Shown: positions 10,818 through 20,881, counted from the stretch's first letter. The stretch: 64,000 bases of DNA from an uncultured Clostridia bacterium (GCA_947073045.1 CAMTJU010000003.1:14993-78992); one strand, 5' to 3'. The notes: generated from the sequence alone by a model not told the origin. Made by a program: numbers and translations.

Positions 10818-11372
10818 TTAATATTTAGGTTCAATCAAACCGTAAGAACCATCTTTACGTTTATAAATAACATTAACTTCTTCTGTCTCGCTATTAAGAA
10901 AGACGTAAAAGCTATGATTCAACAATTCAATTTCCATTGCTGCTTCTTCAGCATCCATTGGCTTAATAGCAAAAGATTTTATACGCTCAATCTTAACATT
11001 TTTACCACTTTCTTCATTATCTTGCTCTTGATTATTAGGTAAAACAGCTAATTCTTCTTGGAAAGTTACATTTTTTTTGCTAATATCATCCAAACGATTT
11101 TTATAACGACGAACTTGTTTTTTTAATACATCCACAACTTCATCTATTGCCGCACGCATATTTTCATTATTAGAAACTTCAGCACGTATTATACGTTTGT
11201 TAAGATGAAGAGTAACCTCAACTTTTTTTTCAAAACCTATTTCAATGAATAAAACATTTACATTTGTATTTTGAGGAAGTAATCTACCCAAATGACGATC
11301 TATTTTTTCAGATGCAAAATTTTTAATTGACTCATTAACATTAAAATTTTTGCTTGTAAAAGAATAATTCAT
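10818..11372 (-). CDS. hpf: ribosome hibernation promoting factor (long HPF)
   Basis: S30AE/RaiA N-terminal domain plus the C-terminal dimerisation domain (IKPMD.EEA..E..LL.H.F..F). Confidence 0.85.
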   Translation of the reverse strand: MNYSFTSKNFNVNESIKNFASEKIDRHLGRLLPQNTNVNVLFIEIGFEKKVEVTLHLNKRIIRAEVSNNENMRAAIDEVVDVLKKQVRRYKNRLDDISKKNVTFQEELAVLPNNQEQDNEESGKNVKIERIKSFAIKPMDAEEAAMEIELLNHSFYVFLNSETEEVNVIYKRKDGSYGLIEPKY

Positions 11373-11453
11373 ATAAAATCCCCCTAACTTCTAATTAACA
11401 TTTAATAATATATCAATAAAAAAAAATAAAGTCAACTATTTTTAGGAATTTGT

Positions 11454-12278
11454 CTATTGCGGAATAATTAATTTTTGATTTTCAGACAAATTTTCACTAG
11501 ATAATTTATTGTGTTCGATAATTTTATCATATGAATTTGAGTTTCCATAAAACTTTTTGCTTATACTCGATAAAGTATCACCTTTTTGCACAACATATTC
11601 TGTATCTTTATTTTCAGCTGTTGCAGTTTCATTTTGTTTGTTTTGTTCATCACTCGAATTATTTTCTTCATGCTGTGATTCATCTTGCGATTCATTTTCA
11701 TCTGCTTTGCTATTGCTAAGATCTTCAATCATTTTTTTCATGTTTTCATTCTCAATTAAAGTTTTTTGTAACGTTTCTTTTGCTTGTGCATTTTCTTCTA
11801 CTTGTGATTTCATATCAGCAATTTGATTATTTAATGAGTCAATTTTAAATATCAAAGCTGCAATGATACACAAAAAAACAACAAACAAAGAAGCAACAAA
11901 AACTTTGCCAATAAAATTTTTAGGGCGCGTATAATCGTAATCAAATACATCGTGTTTGTCATGTATTCCATTTAAAAATTCACTTTCGGCAACACTTCTG
12001 CGATGTTTTTTAGATTTGTATGCATTATTCTTTACTGAATTTTCATTATCATTTTCATTGTATTTTGAAATGAATTTGCTATAACTTGAATTTGATTTGA
12101 AATTGCTTTTTTCATTTTCATTTGCCATTTGGTTTTTATCATATAATTTTTCAACAGCATCCAATGGTAAATTTTCTTTATAAAAATCCAACGTATCCTC
12201 TAACTTTTTTTTATTAGCTTTGTTTGTAAGTTCCATATGTAATTCAAAATCAAAATCATCCGATTTTTTATCTTTCAA
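11454..12278 (-). CDS. membrane-anchored LysM-domain protein with acidic coiled-coil linker
   Basis: One central TM (FVASLFVVFLCIIAALIF). C-terminal LysM (YVVQKGDTLSSISKKFYG). TTG start after GAGGTGA. Confidence 0.6.
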   Translation of the reverse strand: MKDKKSDDFDFELHMELTNKANKKKLEDTLDFYKENLPLDAVEKLYDKNQMANENEKSNFKSNSSYSKFISKYNENDNENSVKNNAYKSKKHRRSVAESEFLNGIHDKHDVFDYDYTRPKNFIGKVFVASLFVVFLCIIAALIFKIDSLNNQIADMKSQVEENAQAKETLQKTLIENENMKKMIEDLSNSKADENESQDESQHEENNSSDEQNKQNETATAENKDTEYVVQKGDTLSSISKKFYGNSNSYDKIIEHNKLSSENLSENQKLIIPQ

Positions 12279-12304
12279 TTTTTATCACCTCTACACTTTA
12301 TATA

Positions 12305-12333
12305 ATTTTACGGTTATTTTCGTCATTTGTCAA
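12305..12333 (-). promoter_or_regulatory. sigma-A-type promoter of the LysM gene
   Basis: On the minus strand: TTGACA, 17 nt, TAAAAT. Confidence 0.5.
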
Positions 12334-12373
12334 CAAAAAAAATTGGTTACTTTTTTAAAATAAAGTAACCAAT
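12334..12373 (-). terminator. rho-independent terminator after the serpin gene
   Basis: 10-bp stem attggttact/agtaaccaat followed by T8 on the minus strand. Confidence 0.75.
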
Positions 12374-12401
12374 TTCAAATAAAAATCTTAAACTATTAAA
12401 G

Positions 12402-13919
12402 TTAATTATTTTGTATAGAACTAAAATCTCCTAAGAATAATATTTCACCATTTGAATTATCGCGAATAAAATATTTAAATGGCTTATCGGCATAAAATTC
12501 AACTATTTCATCTGACGCAGGCAAAGACATTTTATTTATCATAATTAAAGTTGAAGCAGCCGCCTCGACTCCGTATTCATTTAAATCAATAAATGATTTA
12601 TGGACAATTTTATCGCACAAAATATCTGAATCATAATTTTCAAGCATGTTATTCGATGAAAAGCCAGAAAAAATATTTTTCATCCCCAAATCAATTAATA
12701 ATTTTTTTAAATTGTCTTCCATAGTGAATTCTCTTTTAAATATTGGAATTTTTACATCCACATGTTTTTCCTCAAGATTATCAAAAACAATTTGATTTAA
12801 AGAAAAATCATTTGATTTTGGCAAAACGATATACATACTTAAATCTGAATTTTTTAACGGCAACGAAATCATTTTATAAGCGTCATTCTCAAAATAATTA
12901 TAATAATCTTTTTTACTCATAAAATCTGTAATAATTTTTGAGCCATCAGCGCACGTAAAATTATCCTGCAAATTATTTTTAGGATTAAATGGTAATTCCC
13001 ATTGTTGACTAAAATATATTGTGTTGATTAACGATAACAGAAAATCAGGTGAATCAACGGCATTTTTAATTTTGTTATTTGTTTTTTCGCTAATCCAATT
13101 GTTTATAATTTCAACGGCATTTTGATTATTTACTTTTGAAACCGTTCCATAAAAATAATTATCGATTATAGATACAAAATCTTTTTTTAACGCAGCATCA
13201 TTTAAAACATCTTCATTTACCCAAATAGAATTTCCTAGATTAAGTTCAACTTCGTCGTTGTTTTTTATTTTTGATAAATAATTTTCAACGTAATGATTAT
13301 ATTCATCTAAATTTTCTATTTTTAATGCATCAGTTATTTGTTTTTTCGTTTCATTATCAATGCCATTTGCAAGCATTGCCAATCCTAATTTAATACTCAA
13401 TGGCGAAAAAAAATAATCATGCTCCAATTTATTTGCCAAATTACAAGCAAAATTAAAAGTATTAGAACCAATTTGTGTTTTATCAGGAGGTGTTTTGATT
13501 TCAAATGTTTTATTTTCGTCGTCCCATTTTGTTTCATATTCAAAAACATTTAAAACTGATTGCAATGGGATAAATACTTCTCCATCAATTTTATAGACTA
13601 TAGACGACATCGGCAAACTTTTTCCATTCAATATTAAATTATTATCGCCAATACGCAATGAAATTTTTTTATTATCATTTATTATAAACGCTGTCAATTT
13701 ATCATTATCCCAAGTTACATTCATATGAAAAATATCGCTAACACTATCGAGTGGAAATTGCAAAACTTTATTATCGTCTATATACGGAAAATTTTCTTCA
13801 AACAATATTTCATTGCCATCTAAAAATATTTTTATATCGTTATTTGTAACTGCAGATAATTTTTTTGTACATCCACTTAAAATAATAAGACTAAATATAA
13901 AAACAATTATCTTTTTCAT
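12402..13919 (-). CDS. lipoprotein serpin with N-terminal copper-amine-oxidase-N1-like (stalk) domain
   Basis: Lipobox LSGC. About 130-aa Cu_amine_oxidN1-like domain. Serpin body (FSPLSI..GLAML) with hinge GVEAAAST and C-terminal F.ADKPF.YFI. Confidence 0.75.
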   Translation of the reverse strand: MKKIIVFIFSLIILSGCTKKLSAVTNNDIKIFLDGNEILFEENFPYIDDNKVLQFPLDSVSDIFHMNVTWDNDKLTAFIINDNKKISLRIGDNNLILNGKSLPMSSIVYKIDGEVFIPLQSVLNVFEYETKWDDENKTFEIKTPPDKTQIGSNTFNFACNLANKLEHDYFFSPLSIKLGLAMLANGIDNETKKQITDALKIENLDEYNHYVENYLSKIKNNDEVELNLGNSIWVNEDVLNDAALKKDFVSIIDNYFYGTVSKVNNQNAVEIINNWISEKTNNKIKNAVDSPDFLLSLINTIYFSQQWELPFNPKNNLQDNFTCADGSKIITDFMSKKDYYNYFENDAYKMISLPLKNSDLSMYIVLPKSNDFSLNQIVFDNLEEKHVDVKIPIFKREFTMEDNLKKLLIDLGMKNIFSGFSSNNMLENYDSDILCDKIVHKSFIDLNEYGVEAAASTLIMINKMSLPASDEIVEFYADKPFKYFIRDNSNGEILFLGDFSSIQNN

Positions 13920-13966
13920 TTGTAATTTACCTCCAACTTATTTGTTTTACAACATAAAATAAAATA

Positions 13967-15103
13967 TTATTTCAATATTACACTTGCTAAAATATCAGCA
14001 AGTGGTTCCATCGCATTTAATGCTTCCTGTTTTGTATTGGTCTGCGCCCCTACTTCTATCAAAAGTGATTTTGCTAACATATTTAAACTATACCTATATG
14101 CATTAATATATATCTTTCGAGTTAAATTTGGATAAAGCTTATAAGATTGCATTTGCATTTTAAAACTTAGTGCTAAATTTGTATCTAAATATGGATTTGG
14201 CAAATTATTTATATTAGTAAGTACATTGTCTTTCAAAATTTTGCAAAGCCCATTAACAAACATAATTTTAGCAGTTTGTTTGCCATTTATATTTTCAACA
14301 AGGTGCACAGAATCTGCTACACCATCACGATGAATATCGATAGCAACTTCAAGCGATGGATTATCCTTAATAATTTTCGAGACTTCTGGTTCCATTCTTT
14401 CATATGCACCGCGTTTATCCGGTTTGCCGTTGATTATATCATATCTTTTAGTATGATGCAAAGTTTTTATATTATACTTGTCATTTAAAATTTGGGCCAA
14501 TTTTTTTCCCAACCCCACTACTCCCTCGTACATATCATTTTCATTGCTATCTTTAAACATTTCTGTAGAATGAGTGTGGAAAATAAGAATTTTTGGCTCA
14601 TTTAAACTGTTATCAATAGTAGTATCCGTAGTCAAAAATTTATTTACGTTAAAATCTTCACTCGTAATATCTGTCTTACTATCGCAAACATAAAATTTGC
14701 TTTTTAGATAAGTTATATCCTGCAATTTATCTAAATCATCAATGTTTGTATTAAATGCAGTTTTTGAATAATCATATTCAATATTATTTTCATCGATTAT
14801 CTCGGATGCAGATGATTCTTTTTCAAAATCAATCTTTTTTTCAGAATTTGCAGTTGTATTTGGCAAACTTTCTTTTTGTATATCTTCGTTATTGTTAAAA
14901 ACTTTTTTTGTTTGAGAATCATTTTTTATTATATTTTGAGAAAAAATTTCAGCTGCAAAATTAGTTTGAAAAAAGGGAAGAGTCTCTTGCAAAAATAATT
15001 CATATGGAATATATTTTTTATTTGCGAAAATAATAAATAGCATAAAAAAAGAAATAAGTGATGCGTTTGCAATAAGTTTAAAGAAACTGATTAGCTTTTG
15101 CAT
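13967..15103 (-). CDS. spoIIP: stage II sporulation protein P
   Basis: N-terminal TM, then the SpoIIP amidase-like core (ILIFHTHSTE, DIHRDG). Confidence 0.75.
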   Translation of the reverse strand: MQKLISFFKLIANASLISFFMLFIIFANKKYIPYELFLQETLPFFQTNFAAEIFSQNIIKNDSQTKKVFNNNEDIQKESLPNTTANSEKKIDFEKESSASEIIDENNIEYDYSKTAFNTNIDDLDKLQDITYLKSKFYVCDSKTDITSEDFNVNKFLTTDTTIDNSLNEPKILIFHTHSTEMFKDSNENDMYEGVVGLGKKLAQILNDKYNIKTLHHTKRYDIINGKPDKRGAYERMEPEVSKIIKDNPSLEVAIDIHRDGVADSVHLVENINGKQTAKIMFVNGLCKILKDNVLTNINNLPNPYLDTNLALSFKMQMQSYKLYPNLTRKIYINAYRYSLNMLAKSLLIEVGAQTNTKQEALNAMEPLADILASVILK

Positions 15104-15198
15104 AATTTAACTTCCCTCTTAATTTTGAATTAGAAACATTTTTCTAAAAGTTTAAGGCTTGTGCTATACTTAATATATATTTAGGAGGTTTGATATTT

Positions 15199-15855
15199 AT
15201 GAAATTAAATTACTTGGCTTATCCCGTATTGATATTTTTTTTGCTTTTGTTTGCACACGATAAGCAAACCGGATTTTTTATATTTACATCCATAATTTTA
15301 TTCATCACACTTATTTATCATTTATCTTGCAACAATTACACTCCCGATAAAGTTATTTTAATTGCAATATTGACAGCAATGGCATGTGTTGGGCGAGTTT
15401 TATTTTCATTTTTGCCATCAATACAATTGGCTTCGTTTATCATAATTTTAAGTGGAATAGTTTTCGGGCCATCTATTGCTTTTGTAGTTGGAATTTTAAC
15501 GCCAATCATGTCTAATTTTTTTCAGGGTCAGGGATTGTGGACAATATGGCAAATGTTTGGATTTGGTTTAATGGGATTATTTTCGGGATGGATGTCAAAA
15601 TCACTTAAGCAAAATAAAATATGGCGTACATGTTTTGGAATGATTGCCGGAATTATTTTTGGCTGGATAATGAACTTAATGACAGTAATTTATGTAGGTG
15701 GCGGCAATTTCAATTTTGCAAATATTATTACGATTTATACAGCATCTTTATTATTCGATGTTTTGCACGGTATAACTAATGCTTTACTTTTATTTATGGT
15801 TGGTGATGTATGCATAGAAAAATTTGAAATGCTTAAATCAAAAATTCAATTGTAA
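15199..15855 (+). CDS. polytopic membrane protein, ECF-transporter S-component-like
   Basis: About 6 TM segments with Gly-rich helices resembling ECF S components. ATG 15199 lies 10 nt after AGGAGG. No riboswitch upstream. Confidence 0.45.
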   Translation: MKLNYLAYPVLIFFLLLFAHDKQTGFFIFTSIILFITLIYHLSCNNYTPDKVILIAILTAMACVGRVLFSFLPSIQLASFIIILSGIVFGPSIAFVVGILTPIMSNFFQGQGLWTIWQMFGFGLMGLFSGWMSKSLKQNKIWRTCFGMIAGIIFGWIMNLMTVIYVGGGNFNFANIITIYTASLLFDVLHGITNALLLFMVGDVCIEKFEMLKSKIQL

Positions 15856-15911
15856 CTTATTAATTCACTAAAGAGTATTATATTTATAAAAGCTCTGAGG
15901 TGAATTTTTTT

Positions 15912-16052
15912 ATGCCTATCAAAAAAAAAATTATTGGATTAATTTTATTTTCAATGGGGCTGGGAATGTTTTTAGTATTGTTCGTAAAGGGTTGGGGTTA
16001 TGTATTAGCCGCAATTATGATTATTGTCGGATTATGGATTTTATATTGTTGA
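15912..16052 (+). CDS. 46-aa small membrane protein (below the ORF-track cutoff)
   Basis: MPIKKKIIGLILFSMGLGMFLVLFVKGWGYVLAAIMIIVGLWILYC. SD GAGGTGA 7 nt upstream. Two hydrophobic helices. Confidence 0.3.
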   Translation: MPIKKKIIGLILFSMGLGMFLVLFVKGWGYVLAAIMIIVGLWILYC

Positions 16053-16070
16053 TAAAAGAAGGTGTGGACA

Positions 16071-16145
16071 ATGAAATTTAAAGTTATAAAAATGCCAAAA
16101 TTTATCGGCGCAATAATTAAAACTCTTCTTGGTATTAAAAATTAG
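16071..16145 (+). CDS. spoVM: stage V sporulation protein M (24 aa, below the ORF-track cutoff)
   Basis: MKFKVIKMPKFIGAIIKTLLGIKN aligns with B. subtilis SpoVM MKFYTIKLPKFLGGIVRAMLGSFRKD. SD GAAGGTG upstream. Confidence 0.65.
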   Translation: MKFKVIKMPKFIGAIIKTLLGIKN

Positions 16146-16264
16146 TAATGTTTTTTCAAAATACATCCGCAAATAATGACAAAGTCAAAACCAAATAATT
16201 GACTCGGATTAATTTTTTATTTATAATAAATATTAAAAATGAATGCGAGAGGAAGTTTTTACAA

Positions 16265-16537
16265 ATGGAAAAAGCAATTCCAATCAATATTGGGAAAAAT
16301 AATTTTGTAATGTCTTCAAAAATATTGTCAATAACAATTTGGGAATCCTCAGCCATAAAAAAAATTGTTCGGGCAGTAAAAAAAGAAGAAAATTTAGTTA
16401 TAAATGCTACGTGCGGAGCAAAAACTCGTTCCGTAATTTTCTTGGATAATGGCAGCATTGTTTTATCTTACCTGCAGCCCGAAACTATTAGTGCAAGAAT
16501 TATGAATCCTAAATCTACAGGTAATATCGATGGCTGA
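16265..16537 (+). CDS. remA: RemA/YlzA (DUF370) regulator
   Basis: INIG..N.V....I..I....S..IK..V........INAT.G.KTRSVIFLD....VLS.LQPETI is diagnostic. Conserved remA-gmk-rpoZ order. Confidence 0.85.
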   Translation: MEKAIPINIGKNNFVMSSKILSITIWESSAIKKIVRAVKKEENLVINATCGAKTRSVIFLDNGSIVLSYLQPETISARIMNPKSTGNIDG

Positions 16538-17141
16538 CAGTGGTATGCTTGTCATAATTTCTGGTCCCTCAGGTTCTGGTAAAGGTACTGTTGTTAAAAA
16601 ACTTTGTCCCGAAAATAATTTTGCACTTTCAATTTCAATGACTACAAGAAATCCACGTCCTAATGAAATTGATGGTGTAGATTATTTTTTTTGTACACCT
16701 GACGAATTTAAAAAGGTCCGTGACAATAACGGCTTACTTGAGCATGCGCAATTTTGTGGAAATTTTTACGGCACTCCGCGATTTTATGTGGAAGAACAAA
16801 TTAAAAAAAATAAATTTGTTGTTTTAGAAATAGATGTAAATGGTGCTCTGCAAGTTAAAGAAAAATTTGATAACTGCGTTCTTATATTTCTTATTCCTCC
16901 ATCAATGGAAGAATTAGCAAATCGTCTTATAAATCGTGATACAGAATCGATAGAGACAATTGAAGATCGTTTGAATCGTGCGCATGAAGAAGTTAAGTTG
17001 ATTGATAAATACGATTATATTATAATAAATGATGACGTAGATAAAGCCGTTGAAAAAATCAATACAGTAGTTACGGCGGAAAATCTTAAACCTTTTCGTA
17101 ATACCTCCATAATAAAAAAATTAAACGGGAGTGAGAATTAA
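16530..17141 (+). CDS. gmk: guanylate kinase
   Basis: SGPSGSGKGT P-loop, TTR.PR..E..G.DY.F. Confidence 0.9.
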   Translation: MADSGMLVIISGPSGSGKGTVVKKLCPENNFALSISMTTRNPRPNEIDGVDYFFCTPDEFKKVRDNNGLLEHAQFCGNFYGTPRFYVEEQIKKNKFVVLEIDVNGALQVKEKFDNCVLIFLIPPSMEELANRLINRDTESIETIEDRLNRAHEEVKLIDKYDYIIINDDVDKAVEKINTVVTAENLKPFRNTSIIKKLNGSEN

Positions 17142-17362
17142 TGCTTCAACCATCTTATTCTGAACTTATGGATAAATTAAACGAAATGAATAACGGTCAA
17201 AATCAAATTAACAGTCGTTATTCAATTGTAATTGCAGTTGCAAAACGAGCACGCCAAATTAATAATGGTGAAGAAGTTTTAATTGAAAATAAAGATGACA
17301 GAAAAGCTGTTTCTATTGCAGTTGATGAATTATACAGCGGCAAAATAAAAATAATAGTTTAA
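17141..17362 (+). CDS. rpoZ: DNA-directed RNA polymerase subunit omega
   Basis: NSRYSIVIAVAKRARQI motif. Position after gmk. Confidence 0.85.
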   Translation: MLQPSYSELMDKLNEMNNGQNQINSRYSIVIAVAKRARQINNGEEVLIENKDDRKAVSIAVDELYSGKIKIIV

Positions 17363-17366
17363 AGCT

Positions 17367-17747
17367 ATGGAAAAGAAAATTTCTCCTTCAATGGAAGATT
17401 ATCTCGAAGCTATTTATTTTTTGCAGCAAACAAATCAAGATGTAAGAGTAACTGACTTGGCTTGTAAATTAAATATTTCTAAGCCAAGCGTTAATCGTGC
17501 AATAAATAATTTGAAAAAGAAAAATTTTGTTGAACATGAAAATTACGGTTTGCTTAAATTAACTGAAAGTGGATTTAAAACGGCAAAAAATATTGCAATA
17601 CGTCATGTTACCATAAGAAAATTTTTGTGTGATTTGTTGGGTGTAAAAAAAGAGATTGCAGAAATTGAAGCTTGCCGTCTTGAACACTCAATGAGTAATG
17701 ATACGATTAAAAAATTGCAAAACTACTTAAAAGAAGTTGGTATGTAA
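17367..17747 (+). CDS. DtxR/MntR-family metal-dependent transcriptional regulator (short form)
   Basis: SMEDYLEAIY, wHTH and dimerisation region. Confidence 0.75.
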   Translation: MEKKISPSMEDYLEAIYFLQQTNQDVRVTDLACKLNISKPSVNRAINNLKKKNFVEHENYGLLKLTESGFKTAKNIAIRHVTIRKFLCDLLGVKKEIAEIEACRLEHSMSNDTIKKLQNYLKEVGM

Positions 17748-18389
17748 ATGTGCTATCAAAAAATCAACAGCTTTATTGAACAATGTAATCCTTATCAATC
17801 AGGTTTATTAGGTGAAATTGAAAAATTTGCTTTGAAAAACAATATCCCGATAATTTCTAAAGAAGTTTCGGGATTTTTAAGTTTGATTTTAAATTTAAAA
17901 CGTCCAAAAAAAATTTTGGAACTCGGTAGTGCTATTGCTTACTCTTCAATATTAATGAGTCAATTTCTTTCTAAAGATGGATTTATTGTTACAATTGAAC
18001 GGTCTGAAAAAATGATTCGGCTTGCAAAAAATAATATTGCCAAATCAAAACTCTCTTGTATCAAATTGATTGAAGATGATATTGAAAATGTCTTGCCTAA
18101 TTTGAAAGATTCTTTCGATATCATCTTTTTTGACGCTGCAAAAGGACAGTATATTAATATACTGCCCCTTTGTCTTGATTTATTAAATAATGATGGAATT
18201 ATTATTGCAGATGATATTTTGCAAGATGGCCGCACTGTAAAAAATCGATATGAAATACCTCGGCGCCAACGTACTATTCATTCACGTATGAATAAATTTA
18301 TTCACGAAATTTTTAATACGCCATGCCTTAAATCAAATATTTTTAAAATAGGAGATGGCGTTATAGTTGCACAAAAAATTAAACCTTAA
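17748..18389 (+). CDS. class I SAM-dependent O-methyltransferase (YrrM/TrmR-like)
   Basis: ILELGSAIAYS SAM motif and the F.DAAK motif of the caffeoyl-CoA-OMT-like family. Confidence 0.7.
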   Translation: MCYQKINSFIEQCNPYQSGLLGEIEKFALKNNIPIISKEVSGFLSLILNLKRPKKILELGSAIAYSSILMSQFLSKDGFIVTIERSEKMIRLAKNNIAKSKLSCIKLIEDDIENVLPNLKDSFDIIFFDAAKGQYINILPLCLDLLNNDGIIIADDILQDGRTVKNRYEIPRRQRTIHSRMNKFIHEIFNTPCLKSNIFKIGDGVIVAQKIKP

Positions 18390-19944
18390 CATCTTTTAGT
18401 ATCAATAATTTTTCGCCGGGCTTTACATCATCTTCTAAATCATTTATTTGTTTTAATTCTTCTATGCTTATGTTATAGTGCTTTGCTATTTTCCAAAGAC
18501 TATCATTTTCTTGCACTACATACACAACCATACTCGGCATATTATCTAAAACTTCTTGACTAATTTCATTAAATTTTATGTCTTTGATTATTTTTATTTC
18601 TTGCTCTTGCTCCACATAAGTATTGAAACTTAACAGAAATCTTAATTCAATCTCATTATTACTTAGCATATTGAATCCAATATGTTCTATTGTTATGTCA
18701 GTATTGGTCTTCATCTCAGACAATGCTCCCTTAACTTCAACAACCTGTCTGTACGGCAAAATTGTTTTGTATGAATAAACAGGTGTTTTGTCGCTTTGAG
18801 CTATATAAAGTATATCGGCATCGATTATTCCTTCGACTATCACTTTATCATCTATTATATGAGTATCATCAATATGCGGCATGGCATTTATTTTTAATAC
18901 CTGTAAAATATCCGGACAATTATCTTCTAATTGCACAATCTCTTTTATTGGAGATTGTGTTTTATTTTTGCATATTATGTTCGGATATTTTATATTTTCG
19001 TAAGTCATATCTAAACTTTCATTTATGCAATATGCATCATCCAAAATTTCAATTTCTTCTTCGGAATTTATTTTTATATTTGCACCAATAAATATTTCCG
19101 TATCGATAACTCTGTCTTCACCATCTGAATTTGGTTTGACCTGAATATATTTATCTTGAGTATAGAGCTTAACATCCGCAAACATATATTCTTTTGCTTT
19201 TGCAACATCAAATACTCCATTAAACGGAATTTCGTGCTCGCTTATTTCTATAATATTCTCATCCGAATCACTTTTGTATAAAATCTTTAATAATAATTCG
19301 CCACTGACTGTTATTTTACCATTGCCTGCTTTAACATCGCGATTAATAATATCAATATCGGATTGTAAAATTTCGCGAATATTTGGTTTGCCTGAGGTAA
19401 GATGCAATTCATCTTTAACAATAAATCTGTCGTTTCTTGTTTCAACTAATCTATTTATATTCAAATTTTTTTTAAGTAGCTGCGAAGGTAATACATCTTT
19501 TATTCCTGTTACAATTTCGTATTCACATTCTTTTTGAACTTCGGCCGATATACATATTACGGCACGAAAATTTATTTTTCTATCATTTAGCATTTTATAA
19601 TCAATTTTTTCTATATCGGCATTAATTGTAGAATACATATCTTCCGTCACATTATCGATATTTAAAAAATCGTCGATTCCAGTTGAATTATTTATACTAT
19701 AAATAGGATTGTCGGTTGATTTTGCAATATAAATCACATGCAAATCTAAATGTCCTATAAAATTTATTTTATTTTGCATAATTTCCGTCTTGTCGATAAT
19801 AATATTAGCTTCAGTCTGTAAAATAGAAGCCATATCAGGTTTGATATCCGGTACAATTATGTCGCCTTCAATTAAAACTTGAGTTGATTGTGTACCGATT
19901 TTTTCATCTAAAAAAATTTTGTTTGTAATTAATTCATTTGCCAT
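18379..19944 (-). CDS. DUF3794-repeat protein with C-terminal LysM (SipL-like coat morphogenetic protein)
   Basis: Architecture matches C. difficile SipL. C-terminal LysM is YVVQENDSLWKIAKHYNISIEELKQIN. Confidence 0.6.
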   Translation of the reverse strand: MANELITNKIFLDEKIGTQSTQVLIEGDIIVPDIKPDMASILQTEANIIIDKTEIMQNKINFIGHLDLHVIYIAKSTDNPIYSINNSTGIDDFLNIDNVTEDMYSTINADIEKIDYKMLNDRKINFRAVICISAEVQKECEYEIVTGIKDVLPSQLLKKNLNINRLVETRNDRFIVKDELHLTSGKPNIREILQSDIDIINRDVKAGNGKITVSGELLLKILYKSDSDENIIEISEHEIPFNGVFDVAKAKEYMFADVKLYTQDKYIQVKPNSDGEDRVIDTEIFIGANIKINSEEEIEILDDAYCINESLDMTYENIKYPNIICKNKTQSPIKEIVQLEDNCPDILQVLKINAMPHIDDTHIIDDKVIVEGIIDADILYIAQSDKTPVYSYKTILPYRQVVEVKGALSEMKTNTDITIEHIGFNMLSNNEIELRFLLSFNTYVEQEQEIKIIKDIKFNEISQEVLDNMPSMVVYVVQENDSLWKIAKHYNISIEELKQINDLEDDVKPGEKLLILKDVKV

Positions 19945-20131
19945 TAAAAAATCCCTCTTTTTTATATTTTTTATAATAAATATATTAGTGGGAATAATTT
20001 TTTATGACATAACTCACTTAAATATAAAAATTTATGTCAATGAATTATTTACCAAAAAAAGTTTATTCTGAAATTTTCCTTTTCATGATATAATTTATAT
20101 ATACTTGATTAACTTCAGGGAAGTGATATTT

Positions 20132-20626
20132 ATGCAAAAAATTATTGGATTAAAAGTAGATCTTAGAGATTTTAGTAATGCTCTTGCATTTGAATTTTAT
20201 AATTGCGTAAAAGATTTAATTTCAAATAAAAAATTATTGGAACTGGATAATTTTACTCAGCACATAAAAACTAGCAGATTGCAGCATAGTATTAATGTTG
20301 CTTATTATAGTTTTATCGTTTGTAAATTCTTTGGATTAGACTATAAATCTGCAGCACGTGCTGGATTATTGCACGATTTTTATTTGTATGACTGGAGAGA
20401 ACAAAAACAACCTGAAGGCTATCATGCAAAAGCTCATCCTATTATTGCAAAGCGCAATGCCCAAACTATTACCAATTTAAATAAAATTGAGGAAAATTGC
20501 ATATTAAGGCATATGTGTCCACTTACACCTATTCCTCCTAAATATGCTGAATCAATTATTTTATCAATTATTGATAAATATTGTGCAAGTTTTGAGGTAA
20601 TAATGAATCTGTTTGATAAGAAATAA
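20132..20626 (+). CDS. HD-domain phosphohydrolase
   Basis: H...HS and LLHD motifs. Extended -10 TGATATAAT upstream. Confidence 0.65.
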   Translation: MQKIIGLKVDLRDFSNALAFEFYNCVKDLISNKKLLELDNFTQHIKTSRLQHSINVAYYSFIVCKFFGLDYKSAARAGLLHDFYLYDWREQKQPEGYHAKAHPIIAKRNAQTITNLNKIEENCILRHMCPLTPIPPKYAESIILSIIDKYCASFEVIMNLFDKK

Positions 20627-20635
20627 GGGTTTTTG

Positions 20636-20664
20636 TTGACTTTTAGTTGCCTTTTATCTATAAT
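20636..20664 (+). promoter_or_regulatory. sigma-A promoter of rpsU
   Basis: TTGACT, 17 nt, TATAAT. Confidence 0.6.
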
Positions 20665-20698
20665 GAATTAGTATGAGTAATTGGAGGGAGGGAAATAT

Positions 20699-20881
20699 AT
20701 GGCATCAGCAATAAAAGTAGCAGAAAACGAAAGTTTAGATAATGCTTTGCGCAGATTCAAAAAAAATTGTGCAATGTCAGGAATCATGAAAGAAATCCGC
20801 AAGCGTGAACATTATGACAAACCTAGTGTAAGACGTAAAAGAAAATCTGAGGCTGCTCGTAAACGTAAACATAAAAAATAA
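20699..20881 (+). CDS. rpsU: 30S ribosomal protein S21
   Basis: [12 protein letters not shown]......[12 protein letters not shown] is typical S21. ATG 20699 follows GGAGGGAGGG. Confidence 0.92.
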   Translation: MASAIKVAENESLDNALRRFKKNCAMSGIMKEIRKREHYDKPSVRRKRKSEAARKRKHKK

